Virus record (IMG/VR): IMGVR_UViG_3300045806_000063
Coordinates: 32,001 to 96,000 of that record
Length of the DNA: 64,000 bases
Reading direction: 5' to 3' (one strand)
DNA from: a virus
Below are positions 45,823-55,288 of this stretch, one piece after another. The position numbers and the translations under genes were made by a program. The stretch's first letter is position 1. Every line of letters begins with the position of its first letter. The notes below the pieces were generated by a model. It saw nothing but the letters and a program-made list of their open reading frames with translations, was not told the origin of the DNA and did no database searches.

Positions 45823-46719
45823 ATGAAAGAGTATTTTGACTTAATTAATGCCATCCAAAAGGACGGAGAGTTTACTGGAGATAGAACTGGTATGGGAACT
45901 CAATCTCTTTTCGGGTATCAGTACCGGATTGATTTAAGAAAAGGATTTCCATTACTGACTTCTAAGAAGATGAATTATAAAAAGATCTTTTTGGATATGC
46001 TTTGGATGTTATCAGGTTCAACGAATGTAAAGGACTTGCATAAAGACGGAGTTCATATTTGGGATTCTTGGGCTACCGAAGATGGTAATCTAGGTCCTAT
46101 CTATGGAAAATTGTGGAGGAGATGGTCAGCTGGTAGGGTTAAGACAGATAGTAGATTTTGCCCAGAAAATATGGAGACTACATTATCAATTTCAACTAGA
46201 GTGATCGATCAGATTAGTACGGTAATTGAGAAGATCAAAAAGTTTTCAAATTCAAGAGCTTTAATTGTAACTGCATGGGATCCTGATACAGTACCGGATG
46301 AATCAGTCAGTCCCCAAGAGAATGTAAGACAAGGGAGACAATCTCTAGCATCATGTCAGACATTGTTTCAGTTTAAAGTCTACGGTAATCATTTAGATCT
46401 TCAGTTATATCAAAGGTCGGCAGATTGTATGCTAGGGGTGCCGTATAACCTAGCAGAATATGCATTGTTACTTCACATGGTGGCTCAACAGTGTGACCTG
46501 GTTCCTAGGTTCTTCATTCATAGTTTCGGTGATGCGCATATTTATAATCACCATCGTGAAACTGTAGCGTATCAGTTGACTAGAGAGCATGATCTTTATG
46601 ATCTACCTACTCTGGTTATTAAGAGAAAGCCTGAATCAATCTTTAAGTACACTTTGGATGATTTTGAAATTATTGACTATGAGTGCCATCAAGCTATCGA
46701 GTTTAAAGTAGCAGTTTAA
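45823..46719 (+). CDS. thyA: Thymidylate synthase
   Basis: DRTG.GT, FPLLT.KK, LGPIYG..WR, SCQ (catalytic Cys), YQRSAD..LGVPYN, GDAHIY. Confidence 0.95.
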   Translation: MKEYFDLINAIQKDGEFTGDRTGMGTQSLFGYQYRIDLRKGFPLLTSKKMNYKKIFLDMLWMLSGSTNVKDLHKDGVHIWDSWATEDGNLGPIYGKLWRRWSAGRVKTDSRFCPENMETTLSISTRVIDQISTVIEKIKKFSNSRALIVTAWDPDTVPDESVSPQENVRQGRQSLASCQTLFQFKVYGNHLDLQLYQRSADCMLGVPYNLAEYALLLHMVAQQCDLVPRFFIHSFGDAHIYNHHRETVAYQLTREHDLYDLPTLVIKRKPESIFKYTLDDFEIIDYECHQAIEFKVAV

Positions 46720-46729
46720 TTATTACATT

Positions 46730-46760
46730 TAGTCTCCTGTCATTAAATGACAGGAGACTA
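46730..46760. terminator. Palindrome, 15-bp arms, 1-nt centre
   Basis: tagtctcctgtcatt-a-aatgacaggagacta. Confidence 0.72.
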
Positions 46761-46777
46761 TCTAATGGAGGAATAAA

Positions 46778-47029
46778 ATGAAAAAACCTATAACTGTAAT
46801 TAAATCAACCTTTGAACAAAGGGAGGAACGAAGAGAGTTAGAAGAAGATATTAAGGATAATATCCGAGAAGTGATTCATTCTATTTTAATAGGTACTGTT
46901 GATACACATTTCGTAGGAGACATCGATGTAACTGTACGTGGTAGCAGGGAAGGTATAGTTCGTAAATCTAGTCTTACTATAAGGGTTGAAAACCCAGTAA
47001 CTTATACAAGGGCCAATACGATAGAATGA
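46778..47029 (+). CDS. Hypothetical protein
   Basis: 83 aa; RBS GGAGG. Confidence 0.7.
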   Translation: MKKPITVIKSTFEQREERRELEEDIKDNIREVIHSILIGTVDTHFVGDIDVTVRGSREGIVRKSSLTIRVENPVTYTRANTIE

Positions 47030-47277
47030 AAATCATATCACATCCTGGTGAAACAATAAAAGTTCTTTACTTTGAACCTTTAAATGTATCTCAGGCTACA
47101 TTTGGTAAAATGGTAGGTATAGATCAGAGAACAGTTTCAAAATTATTAGCAGGGAAAATTCCCATTACTACTAATCTAGCTACCAAGTTAGAGCGTTCAA
47201 TAGGCGACACTGCTGCAAGTTGGCTATTGCAACAACAGTGGTACGATTTAGCACAACAGAGGAAAACTAATGATTAG
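47026..47277 (+). CDS. higA: HigA-family HTH antitoxin-like protein
   Basis: HPGE.I...F.PLN.SQ..F....G.....VS.L..GK..IT...A.KL.......A..WL..Q..YDL signature. Confidence 0.85.
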   Translation: MKIISHPGETIKVLYFEPLNVSQATFGKMVGIDQRTVSKLLAGKIPITTNLATKLERSIGDTAASWLLQQQWYDLAQQRKTND

Positions 47278-47644
47278 TACACAACGTAAGTCTACCTTTG
47301 AAAGCAGAGAATATAATAGAAAGTGTCTGAACTACTATCGGCAAAGTTTTGCCGATAGTTACAATGGGTTAGAGGCTGAAGTAATAACGAGATATATCCG
47401 ACATGCGTCATCATCTATTGCAAAGGCAAGTAGATTATTGACCTATGGTCCTCTTTATGGACATATGGTGGATTGCTTCATAAATACCTTGACAGACGTA
47501 GAATTGGATATAAAAGATTTACAAGAAGAAGGTATAATCGAATCTGACCAGTATGCTAATATGGTAGCGGAATCTAAACTTTATAGACCGCCGCTAACTT
47601 CCTTACATAGAGAAGTGCTAGAGAATACTAAGTGGTCTTTTTAA
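47270..47644 (+). CDS. Hypothetical protein
   Basis: 124 aa; coupled to the higA stop. Confidence 0.65.
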   Translation: MISTQRKSTFESREYNRKCLNYYRQSFADSYNGLEAEVITRYIRHASSSIAKASRLLTYGPLYGHMVDCFINTLTDVELDIKDLQEEGIIESDQYANMVAESKLYRPPLTSLHREVLENTKWSF

Positions 47645-47658
47645 ACTGGAGATATTAA

Positions 47659-48168
47659 ATGGCAATTTCAATAGTGGTTACGATAGATCCTAATGGGGTA
47701 ATTGCTCTTAATGGGGATCTACCTTGGCAATACTCGAAAGCATTAGAACACTTTGCTCCTATCACACGAGCTATGCCTGTTGTATTAGGGTTCAATGCCT
47801 TCCGCTGTACGTCTAACAGTATCAAACGTACCCATAACTTATACTCTCTTTCACGTCGCAATACGGAAGGATTAGTTCAATTGATGGACGGTCTCTTTAC
47901 TTCAAATAGTCTGGAGAATGTAATAGAAGCTGAAGCAAAGATAGGGAATACTGATTTAGTAGTACTTGGAGGGTATGATCTGTTTGAATTAGTCCTCCCA
48001 TTTGCGGTAAGGATCTATTTTACTAAGATGCATCTTCCTGTAGAATATACAGAAAAGGATACCATTATTAAATTTCCTCAATTCAGTAAACGAGAATGGG
48101 AGTGTACCGAATTAGTTCGTGCAAAGGACTGTAGTCATATAACGTATACACGGAAAGTTCAAAAATAG
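47659..48168 (+). CDS. folA: Dihydrofolate reductase-like protein with degenerate active site
   Basis: VI...GDLPW, PVVLG, VLGG..LF, IYFTK, DT..FP; located near thyA. Confidence 0.75.
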   Translation: MAISIVVTIDPNGVIALNGDLPWQYSKALEHFAPITRAMPVVLGFNAFRCTSNSIKRTHNLYSLSRRNTEGLVQLMDGLFTSNSLENVIEAEAKIGNTDLVVLGGYDLFELVLPFAVRIYFTKMHLPVEYTEKDTIIKFPQFSKREWECTELVRAKDCSHITYTRKVQK

Positions 48169-48175
48169 TTAAAAG

Positions 48176-48185
48176 ATATATTATC
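48176..48185 (+). promoter_or_regulatory. Putative early promoter motif ATATATTATC, followed by a 9-bp hairpin (48189-48212)
   Basis: Motif copy in an intergenic gap. Confidence 0.6.
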
Positions 48186-48234
48186 TGAGAGATGCAGCAA
48201 GTTCTGCATCTCCCTTATTCATTTTGGAGAATTT

Positions 48235-48429
48235 ATGGAAATCAGTAGAGTGAGAGTATCTTTAGAGGATCTTGATTTTTGTCTAATGGAGTTACAATCA
48301 GAAGGCACTCCAGCAATAGGTGTAGCGCCTGTGGATAACGACCCTGAAATGGTTGAGGTAACATATATCTCCAATGATACTGGAGAGGTTAAAAGAACTT
48401 CTAATTTATGCGCAAAGTTAACAGACTAA
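48235..48429 (+). CDS. Small acidic hypothetical protein
   Basis: 64 aa; RBS GGAG. Confidence 0.65.
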   Translation: MEISRVRVSLEDLDFCLMELQSEGTPAIGVAPVDNDPEMVEVTYISNDTGEVKRTSNLCAKLTD

Positions 48430-48602
48430 ATTCAATGCTAAGAAATATTAAATTATTTTCTATGATGATTATAGAGGACGCTGTTACAATTGCTGGAATC
48501 TTTATTCTGTTAGCCATCGCTACGATCATCTATGGTTTAATTTCCTTGGCATTCTGGTCAGTGGTTTTTACATTTATAGGTGCAGGAATCTCTATCTTTT
48601 AA
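48408..48602 (+). CDS. Small membrane protein with two hydrophobic helices; start uncertain
   Basis: AVTIAGIFILLAIATIIYGLISLAFWSVVFTFIGAGISIF. Confidence 0.55.
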   Translation: MRKVNRLNSMLRNIKLFSMMIIEDAVTIAGIFILLAIATIIYGLISLAFWSVVFTFIGAGISIF

Positions 48603-48684
48603 ACTATCGCACATACCTTGCGGTGATGAAAATCGAGAAATTGATGCCAGGAACAAAAGACGAGGATATTAGTAATTTCAATTG

Positions 48685-48723
48685 ATTGATGATGCAGAGC
48701 CCTAAGGGCTCTGCATCATCAAT
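48685..48723. terminator. Palindrome, 19-bp arms, 1-nt centre, between convergent genes
   Basis: attgatgatgcagagccct-a-agggctctgcatcatcaat. Confidence 0.8.
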
Positions 48724-48813
48724 AAACTATTTTACTTTTTTTATTTTCAATTTAATCCGTTTGAATATACCTTTGAAAATCAAAAAGAATACTTCAATGA
48801 ATAAGTTCCTCAT

Positions 48814-49638
48814 TTATCTTCCTAATGTTTTTATACGTTTTAGACTTTCCGTATGAGCGTATGCAGCCACTTTAATTAAGTGGATCACTAATGCCAATAG
48901 TTCGAGTTCTTTAGCTCCTTGGTATACCAAGGTCGAGATCATTTGAGATTTAGCCTGACTAAGAGACGATAAATGATTTTCATTTTTTCTTTCAGCATCT
49001 GCTAGCTTTCTAAAGTTATTAGATAACTCTTCAGCCTTTTCAGATAACTTCAAGCTTATAATTTTACCAGCTGCAGTCACTGTACCATCGATTAATTTTT
49101 CAATAGTCTTTATACCAGTTGAATCTTTATAGATATCGTAAAACTTTCTTTCAGCCAAAGCTTCATCACTTCCTCCACTCTGATTAAAGAACCCTTGTAA
49201 TTGTTTTAAATTCTCCTCAACTGAATCATCGTAGGTTGGTAATAGCCAGATCTCATCTGCATAATTAGGCTGTGTTGCCATTTTTAAAGCCCATATATTT
49301 AAAGGGTCAATCAACCTAACACCTACGTCTTTGTAACTGACTATTATTTTATCCAGTAGTTGTAGATATTCAATGTACTTACCCTGTACATATTCTGGGG
49401 TATAAATCGTAAAATGTTCAAGTTCAGTCCTGCTAAACTTTGAAATGATACTTACTGCTTGAGCTGAATCAGAAGCAAGCAAGTTAGCAGGAGATGCAGT
49501 AGCTAAAAACTGAGGAACCAATTTACTGACATACCCTGAGAAGTACTTTGTAATCTTTTCAATATTAAGTCCTTCAAGTCCTATGTCTGGATGACTGTAA
49601 AGATCAGAAGATAGGAGAAACGCATTATCGTGTGGCAT
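48814..49638 (-). CDS. Putative internal head/ejection protein
   Basis: 274 aa, helical; N-terminal IGLE/G fits the (S/A/G)-X-E prohead-protease motif of phiKZ-like head proteins. Confidence 0.55.
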   Translation of the reverse strand: MPHDNAFLLSSDLYSHPDIGLEGLNIEKITKYFSGYVSKLVPQFLATASPANLLASDSAQAVSIISKFSRTELEHFTIYTPEYVQGKYIEYLQLLDKIIVSYKDVGVRLIDPLNIWALKMATQPNYADEIWLLPTYDDSVEENLKQLQGFFNQSGGSDEALAERKFYDIYKDSTGIKTIEKLIDGTVTAAGKIISLKLSEKAEELSNNFRKLADAERKNENHLSSLSQAKSQMISTLVYQGAKELELLALVIHLIKVAAYAHTESLKRIKTLGR

Positions 49639-49711
49639 GGAAATTCCTTAATAAAAATGAGTGAAAGCTATTTTATAGTAAACAAATAACAATGAGCAAT
49701 GAGGATTAGAT

Positions 49712-51232
49712 ATGAGTTTTGGTTCAAGAGTACCTTCCACTCCAATTTTAACACCGATGTATAACCTCGGATATATGTTAGACATTCCAACCGGCGAATA
49801 CCATGAAGGAGAATATGGGAATTATGTGCTCAATGGCGGCTGGGGTGACATTATGTCAATCACTGGCATTGGTCACAGTTATAAGTCAACAGAGAACACC
49901 TGCTTTGAACTTAGGGTATTAGACCGTTACCTTTGTGCAGAAGCTCATAAGTATGATTCGGAAAATGTTATGTCTCCAAGTCGTGCAAATGAACTAGGTA
50001 TCCGTATGGTCAATATCAGCAAAATAGATTTCATGGATCCAGATGACCCAAACATTGGTAGATATACCATTTCATCAATGGGAACAGTTACTGCTGATGG
50101 TAAAGTGTTTTACGGTGATTTATTCCAAGAACAAGTGCAAAATTATGCTTTAGAAGTATTTAAAGATAAGAAAGCGAAGTTATACACTACTCCTTTCTTT
50201 ATAGGAAAACATCAGGTTAAGGTTAAAAAACCATTGTTCCTCTCATACGATTCCCTTTCCATGCTGAAGTTCAGTAAGATAGAGGAAGGTGTGGTAGAGG
50301 ATCATAAACTTGGAGATAGTGAACAGAATACGATAGCAATGACAGAAGGTAGACTCAAAACGCAGCTGAATAACTCAATGCCTGCATTATGTAGGATGGC
50401 AGAAATTCGTATATGCATGACTGCTCATACCCAGAAAGTAGGAGGGATAGTAGGTAAGTTTGATGCTCCTAAACAACGACTAATCTATGGTAAACGGGAT
50501 TACGAGATTAAAGGAGTAGGTACCTCTTTCATTAAAATCAATGGTCTTATTATAGATATTCAGTCTTGTGATAAGTTTAACAATAAAGAAGCTAAGACTG
50601 GAGTGATGTACCCTCTAGTAGAATCCGATAGAAGTGAGCACTGTACTGATTTGAATCTGCTAACAATCGTGATAGCCAGAAACAAGACTGGCTCATCAGG
50701 TATGACAATTAGTCATATAGTGTCACAAAGAGAAGGTATATTAGAACATCTTGGTATGTTTAAAACATTAAGAGATCATGGACCTGGTATAGGGTTTGGA
50801 ATGACTGGGGATAAAACAAAGCAAAGCCATGTTATGGTTCCTGATATTACCTTAACCCGCACTACTGTTAGAGAAAAGATCAACAATAGCTACACTTTAC
50901 GAAGGGCATTTGAAGTAACATCAGAACTCCTGCAACAGCGCTATATCTTTTCCCCTGAATCAAACATCTACTGGTGCACTCCAGAGGAACTGTACAAAGA
51001 TATTAAAGAGCAAGGGTATAACTGGGAAACTCTGTTAGGAAAGTCAAGATACTACTGGGTCTTTAAAGAAGAAGAACATATGAACCTACCACAGTTAACA
51101 ACAATGGATTTATTGAGAATGCGAGCTGGCTTATATACACCTTACTGGTTAAAGTCAGATTTTATTGAAAAAGCAAAAGGTAAGTTAAGAGAAGTACTCG
51201 ATACTATACCAAAAACAGAATTGAGGGGCTGA
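49712..51232 (+). CDS. uvsX: UvsX/RecA-like recombinase (phiKZ gp152-like)
   Basis: LDIPTG, GIGHSYKST P-loop, YDSEN, DSLS, TAH, RNKTG.SG motifs. Confidence 0.82.
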   Translation: MSFGSRVPSTPILTPMYNLGYMLDIPTGEYHEGEYGNYVLNGGWGDIMSITGIGHSYKSTENTCFELRVLDRYLCAEAHKYDSENVMSPSRANELGIRMVNISKIDFMDPDDPNIGRYTISSMGTVTADGKVFYGDLFQEQVQNYALEVFKDKKAKLYTTPFFIGKHQVKVKKPLFLSYDSLSMLKFSKIEEGVVEDHKLGDSEQNTIAMTEGRLKTQLNNSMPALCRMAEIRICMTAHTQKVGGIVGKFDAPKQRLIYGKRDYEIKGVGTSFIKINGLIIDIQSCDKFNNKEAKTGVMYPLVESDRSEHCTDLNLLTIVIARNKTGSSGMTISHIVSQREGILEHLGMFKTLRDHGPGIGFGMTGDKTKQSHVMVPDITLTRTTVREKINNSYTLRRAFEVTSELLQQRYIFSPESNIYWCTPEELYKDIKEQGYNWETLLGKSRYYWVFKEEEHMNLPQLTTMDLLRMRAGLYTPYWLKSDFIEKAKGKLREVLDTIPKTELRG

Positions 51233-51233
51233 T

Positions 51234-51530
51234 ATGGCTAAGGCAAAAGAAAATGTCATTCATTCCATTAGATTAATGGCAATGGCATCGTTTGACACTG
51301 ATAAAGTAAGATCATTAAATGAGTTGTTAAACCTACCAGTAGAAGGTAATAAGGAGGACAATGGTAGTCAGATCGATAACATTAATGCTAGCTTAGAAAC
51401 AGTATTACGGAATCATGCTGATACCACGGATATACGCTTACATCTTGAGCCTACCTCAGATGTTAAAGCTTATGTTAATATGTTAAAGGTATCCGTACTA
51501 CCAATGATGATAGAGAAAGGAATTCTCTAA
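51234..51530 (+). CDS. Conserved hypothetical protein
   Basis: 98 aa; lies between uvsX and the vRNAP subunit. Confidence 0.65.
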   Translation: MAKAKENVIHSIRLMAMASFDTDKVRSLNELLNLPVEGNKEDNGSQIDNINASLETVLRNHADTTDIRLHLEPTSDVKAYVNMLKVSVLPMMIEKGIL

Positions 51531-52195
51531 TGAAACGTAGAAAAGAAGCCACTGAGTATTGGATTAATTTAATCACTGATCTAAAGAAAGGCAATCAAAA
51601 CATTGCCTTTTACACAAAGTATCTAAATAACTTATCAGACAAAGCTTTTGATGATTTAGTGGACTTATGTGATACTGGTAATAAGATTTTACCTTACTAT
51701 GCCCCGAATATAACTGAACCAGATCTCGATGTTGCAGACTGTATTAGAGTAGGTAAGAAATTAAAGCTTAACTTCTTCCAACGATACATAAAGACCTCAC
51801 CTAGTACGGGAGTTAGACGTTTAACACCTAAACGGTACCCTGTTTTATTAGTTCCATGGAGACGTTTATCGCAGCATGTATCAATTAAAAAGTCAGTAGC
51901 TGAAGATACAAAGCATATTGATAATTTATCAGGGCAGGTTATTGGAGCTAGTAAGACTGCAAAGATGTCAAATCCTGAGCTACAGGTATTAGATGCTAAA
52001 AATCTTCATCATGGAATATATGAGCTTGCTGGTGTAAAAGGGGGTAATGTTAAAGGACTAAAGCTAGCACAGCGGGATATAATTAATCATGGGACATTCT
52101 CACTTGAGGATATAAAGAATTCAGGGCATCGTGCCAAATCACTTGATACAGCTAACGCAATACTGCGTGGTATGTTATATGACTCCAACTTATAG
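51530..52195 (+). CDS. Virion RNA polymerase beta subunit, small C-terminal part (phiKZ gp149-like)
   Basis: NFFQR, PWRRLSQH..KKS, DNLSGQV.G.SK..KMSNPE, EL..VKGG motifs. Confidence 0.82.
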   Translation: MKRRKEATEYWINLITDLKKGNQNIAFYTKYLNNLSDKAFDDLVDLCDTGNKILPYYAPNITEPDLDVADCIRVGKKLKLNFFQRYIKTSPSTGVRRLTPKRYPVLLVPWRRLSQHVSIKKSVAEDTKHIDNLSGQVIGASKTAKMSNPELQVLDAKNLHHGIYELAGVKGGNVKGLKLAQRDIINHGTFSLEDIKNSGHRAKSLDTANAILRGMLYDSNL

Positions 52196-52203
52196 GAAAA
52201 ACA

Positions 52204-52815
52204 ATGCAACTGACTAATAGTTTAAAACATCAAATCGGTACAACCGCTTATGACTCTGCGGTAGCATTGATTAAAAAATACCCTTCATTAACCAAAAGAG
52301 AAGTAGCTCATCTACTAGGTCAGTGTTCACAGGAGAGTATGAACTTTCTGCGAGTACGTGAAAACCTGAACTATAATGCTGCAGGTCTTTTCAGTATGTT
52401 TAAGTCTCATTTTAGCACCCTTGCTTCAGCTGAAGCATATGCGCATAATCCTGAAAAAATAGGAAACTATGTATATGCTAATCGTGAAGGTAATGGAGAT
52501 GAACAATCTGGTGACGGTTATCGTAATAGAGGGGTAGGTTATATCGGACTTACCTTTAAAAACAACATTGAAGCCTTTTGTAAGTTTGCAGGTATACCAT
52601 TGGATACCGATCCAGACAAGATAGCTTCGAATTATTCCTTAGAAGTAGCGCATTACTTTTTTCATGTTAACCATATCTATCCGCTATGTGTTGATGTGTC
52701 AGAAGCTGCAGTGGCTAATGTTACTCGTAAAATCAACAAAGGTCCTCTGGGAGAAATAGGTTTTGATCATCGATTAGCAAACACAAAACTATACGATACT
52801 CTGATAAACCCATGA
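52204..52815 (+). CDS. Glycoside hydrolase family 19 endolysin
   Basis: AHLLGQ.SQES, ENLNY, YANR.GNG...GDGY..RG.G.I.LT.KNN, VTRKIN.G. Confidence 0.9.
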   Translation: MQLTNSLKHQIGTTAYDSAVALIKKYPSLTKREVAHLLGQCSQESMNFLRVRENLNYNAAGLFSMFKSHFSTLASAEAYAHNPEKIGNYVYANREGNGDEQSGDGYRNRGVGYIGLTFKNNIEAFCKFAGIPLDTDPDKIASNYSLEVAHYFFHVNHIYPLCVDVSEAAVANVTRKINKGPLGEIGFDHRLANTKLYDTLINP

Positions 52816-53597
52816 GACCATTAAGAATAATTGTTGAACTGGATGCGTTGTTTGATACCTATCTAGCATGTGTCCACATGCTAGATCGTACGCATACTGA
52901 ACCACTAATAATGGCAGGGTATCGAGAAAGATACCATAACGACCTATCATTACTTTATAACAAGATAAGTGATAAACATGTCAAAGATTTATATTCTAAA
53001 CGTGATTTACCAATGTTGAAGTTTTCATTTTCAACTAATATGGTAAACCTTTTAGCAGATAGAATAATAAAATCAAAACTCTTAGGGGATCAAAGCCCTG
53101 AAAGCCGAGACATTCAGATTATCTTTAACACATATCCGTACAATTTAACGAGTGCTATTGTTAGAGAATATGCGATTGAATTATCTAATGTCTTAAACAC
53201 CAAACAAATTAGCAGGATACACCTTCCTCCTGAAGAATTAACTCCAACATTTTTAAAGGATTCATATAGTCGTCTGATACTAGCTAGGTTAGATGACTGG
53301 ATGATAGCACAAACTGAAAACTTAAAACAATTACCAATTCCATTATTTACAGTGATAGCTCCTGGGTTTATAAAAGATCCGGTAGGACTTGCAGCAGAGA
53401 TGCGGAAGAAAGGAATTCCCACTGATGACAATAATCTAAAGAGATATCTATCCGGAACCCTTAATCATATTAAACAAACTCTATCCAGTGTAATAGATTT
53501 AGAGTTCTATGATCTATCAGATTTTAGCATGACTATCCCTAGCTTATCCACTTTAACTGATGAAGAAAACGATGAAGGTAATAATAGCGGGGAGTAG
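52812..53597 (+). CDS. Conserved jumbo-phage protein (HAD-like start)
   Basis: IIVELDALFDT N-terminal motif; FNTYPY. Confidence 0.6.
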   Translation: MRPLRIIVELDALFDTYLACVHMLDRTHTEPLIMAGYRERYHNDLSLLYNKISDKHVKDLYSKRDLPMLKFSFSTNMVNLLADRIIKSKLLGDQSPESRDIQIIFNTYPYNLTSAIVREYAIELSNVLNTKQISRIHLPPEELTPTFLKDSYSRLILARLDDWMIAQTENLKQLPIPLFTVIAPGFIKDPVGLAAEMRKKGIPTDDNNLKRYLSGTLNHIKQTLSSVIDLEFYDLSDFSMTIPSLSTLTDEENDEGNNSGE

Positions 53598-53949
53598 AGG
53601 CATAACTGATTACGGCATTTTGTGTAAGGCCATAAAAGAAAGTCAGTTTGATGAGGATCAGGGAATAACCAGCATAATTTCAGGTCTAGCTAAAGGACCT
53701 GATTCATTAGGTAGACTATATGGTAAATACTTTAATATACCAGTGATTGATATGCCTGCTAATTGGGATTCAGATGGTAAAGCCGCAGGCTTCATAAGGA
53801 ATCAGGCTATGGCTAATCTCTGTGATCATGAGGATGCATTAATTGCTATCTGGGGTGGAGTTTCTAAAGGTACGTCTGATATGGTAAACCGAGCAAAGAA
53901 AAGAAATATGAAAATTTTTATTTATCAAATGGAGATATTGAATGAATGA
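53560..53949 (+). CDS. SLOG-family (DUF2493/YspA-like) protein
   Basis: KVIIAGSR, IISG.A.G.D..G, A.W...GKAAG.IRN..M, W.G.SKGT..M. Confidence 0.85.
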   Translation: MKKTMKVIIAGSRGITDYGILCKAIKESQFDEDQGITSIISGLAKGPDSLGRLYGKYFNIPVIDMPANWDSDGKAAGFIRNQAMANLCDHEDALIAIWGGVSKGTSDMVNRAKKRNMKIFIYQMEILNE

Positions 53950-54244
53950 CAATGAAATAAATGATATGATTAATACTTCAGCAGAATTACTTCTGTTGTA
54001 TTTCCATCATGATGCCTGTGCACCATGTAAAGCTTTTAAACCTACTGTAAATAAAATAGTAGGTAAATTCAATGGTAGAGTAAAAATCATTTCAGTAGAT
54101 GTAACTGAGAGTAATCTTGGGCAGTATTACTCGGTACAGTCAGTACCTACCTTTGCCTTAGTGAAACAAGGTGTGACTTATGAGATTCATTCAGGTAGTA
54201 TGAGCGAAGCCCCATTAACCAAACTGATTCGGGAATACGTTTAG
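53942..54244 (+). CDS. trxA: Thioredoxin
   Basis: CAPC active site; VQSVPTF. Confidence 0.9.
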   Translation: MNDNEINDMINTSAELLLLYFHHDACAPCKAFKPTVNKIVGKFNGRVKIISVDVTESNLGQYYSVQSVPTFALVKQGVTYEIHSGSMSEAPLTKLIREYV

Positions 54245-54251
54245 ACATTAC

Positions 54252-54284
54252 ATTATCGCAGACACTTAAAGTGTCTGCGATAAT
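54252..54284. terminator. Palindrome, 16-bp arms, 1-nt centre
   Basis: attatcgcagacactt-a-aagtgtctgcgataat. Confidence 0.75.
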
Positions 54285-54321
54285 AGAGTATCTTTTACTG
54301 TTTTTCAATATTTAATTAAAC

Positions 54322-54331
54322 ATATATTATC
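54322..54331 (+). promoter_or_regulatory. Putative early promoter motif ATATATTATC
   Basis: Preceded by ttaaac; intergenic. Confidence 0.6.
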
Positions 54332-54371
54332 ATCATGCGTAAACATAATTGAATATATTTGGAGACTACGA

Positions 54372-54893
54372 ATGGCTACAATGGTTAGAAACGGATTTAA
54401 AATTACACTTAGAAGATGGACTGCTATAAGACAGACCTTGTTAAGTATCATTTGGTCAAGAGAAGATTATCAAGCTCTAGCCAAAGTAATCATTACTAAA
54501 AAAATGGTATTGGGCCCTGAGGTATTACTAAATGTCGATTTTAGAGATAGAGAGTTGTCAGTTATTACTGATGACGAAACCTGGCTGGCATTAGATACAA
54601 AACTGTTAGGTGAATCAATCTATAAAGATACCAAGGATAAACATCATTCAATTGGACATCTTCTGCGCTATATTTATCAGGATTTAAAACTAACAGCTTT
54701 AATAACTCCAGAGGAAGAAAAAGCTATATGTGGAACACTAGCTTCAGTATACACTGGGGAGATTATAGAAACAAGCTCCAGTGAGTCTTTTGAGAAAGAT
54801 ACTCTGGAATTTAATATTCATTATCATAACTGGTTATTTGTACTTATGCTAATCGAGATTATATCTCCTTTAGATATAATCCCTTCTGAGTAA
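54372..54893 (+). CDS. Hypothetical protein
   Basis: 173 aa; RBS GGAG. Confidence 0.7.
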   Translation: MATMVRNGFKITLRRWTAIRQTLLSIIWSREDYQALAKVIITKKMVLGPEVLLNVDFRDRELSVITDDETWLALDTKLLGESIYKDTKDKHHSIGHLLRYIYQDLKLTALITPEEEKAICGTLASVYTGEIIETSSSESFEKDTLEFNIHYHNWLFVLMLIEIISPLDIIPSE

Positions 54894-54895
54894 TT

Positions 54896-55288
54896 TTAAA
54901 GATCTTCCTCATCGAAGATATCAGTCATCAGGATATCGTCCTGTGTAGTAGATAGCTGTCCTGGAACTGGTATGACCTTTGGTAGTTCTAATGCAAATTC
55001 TGCTGCTCTACCCACTATATTGGTTAGTGATGGAGTAAATGTTAGCTCTGCATTATCCAATACTTCAAGAACTGCATTAGCTACCTTCCGTCTCATCTCG
55101 GAGGATGCTTCTTCTTGTTTCAGTCGTTGTTGTGTCAGTGCTGTTCTGCTTAATGCAGAGGCTGCACTGACTCTTTCTTTAGGAGGCATATCAGTAGCTG
55201 AAGCTATCTCTACTAAAATTCGCTGAGATAATGATATTACTTCAGTTGTATTGGTTACATCCACAACTGTCTTATTTTCGTTAGACAT
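54896..55288 (-). CDS. Hypothetical protein
   Basis: 130 aa; RBS GGAG; helical with acidic tail. Confidence 0.65.
   Translation of the reverse strand: MSNENKTVVDVTNTTEVISLSQRILVEIASATDMPPKERVSAASALSRTALTQQRLKQEEASSEMRRKVANAVLEVLDNAELTFTPSLTNIVGRAAEFALELPKVIPVPGQLSTTQDDILMTDIFDEEDL

Noticed and set aside
45823-46719. ThyA-like gene as a dCMP hydroxymethylase (modified-base pathway)
   Set aside because: The Asn that specifies dUMP is retained, and no modification genes are nearby
1121-52195. Inteins or introns in the RNAP subunits, RNase H, SbcC, ThyA or UvsX
   Set aside because: Lengths are as expected, with no C/S...HN intein ends, homing-endonuclease motifs or split frames seen
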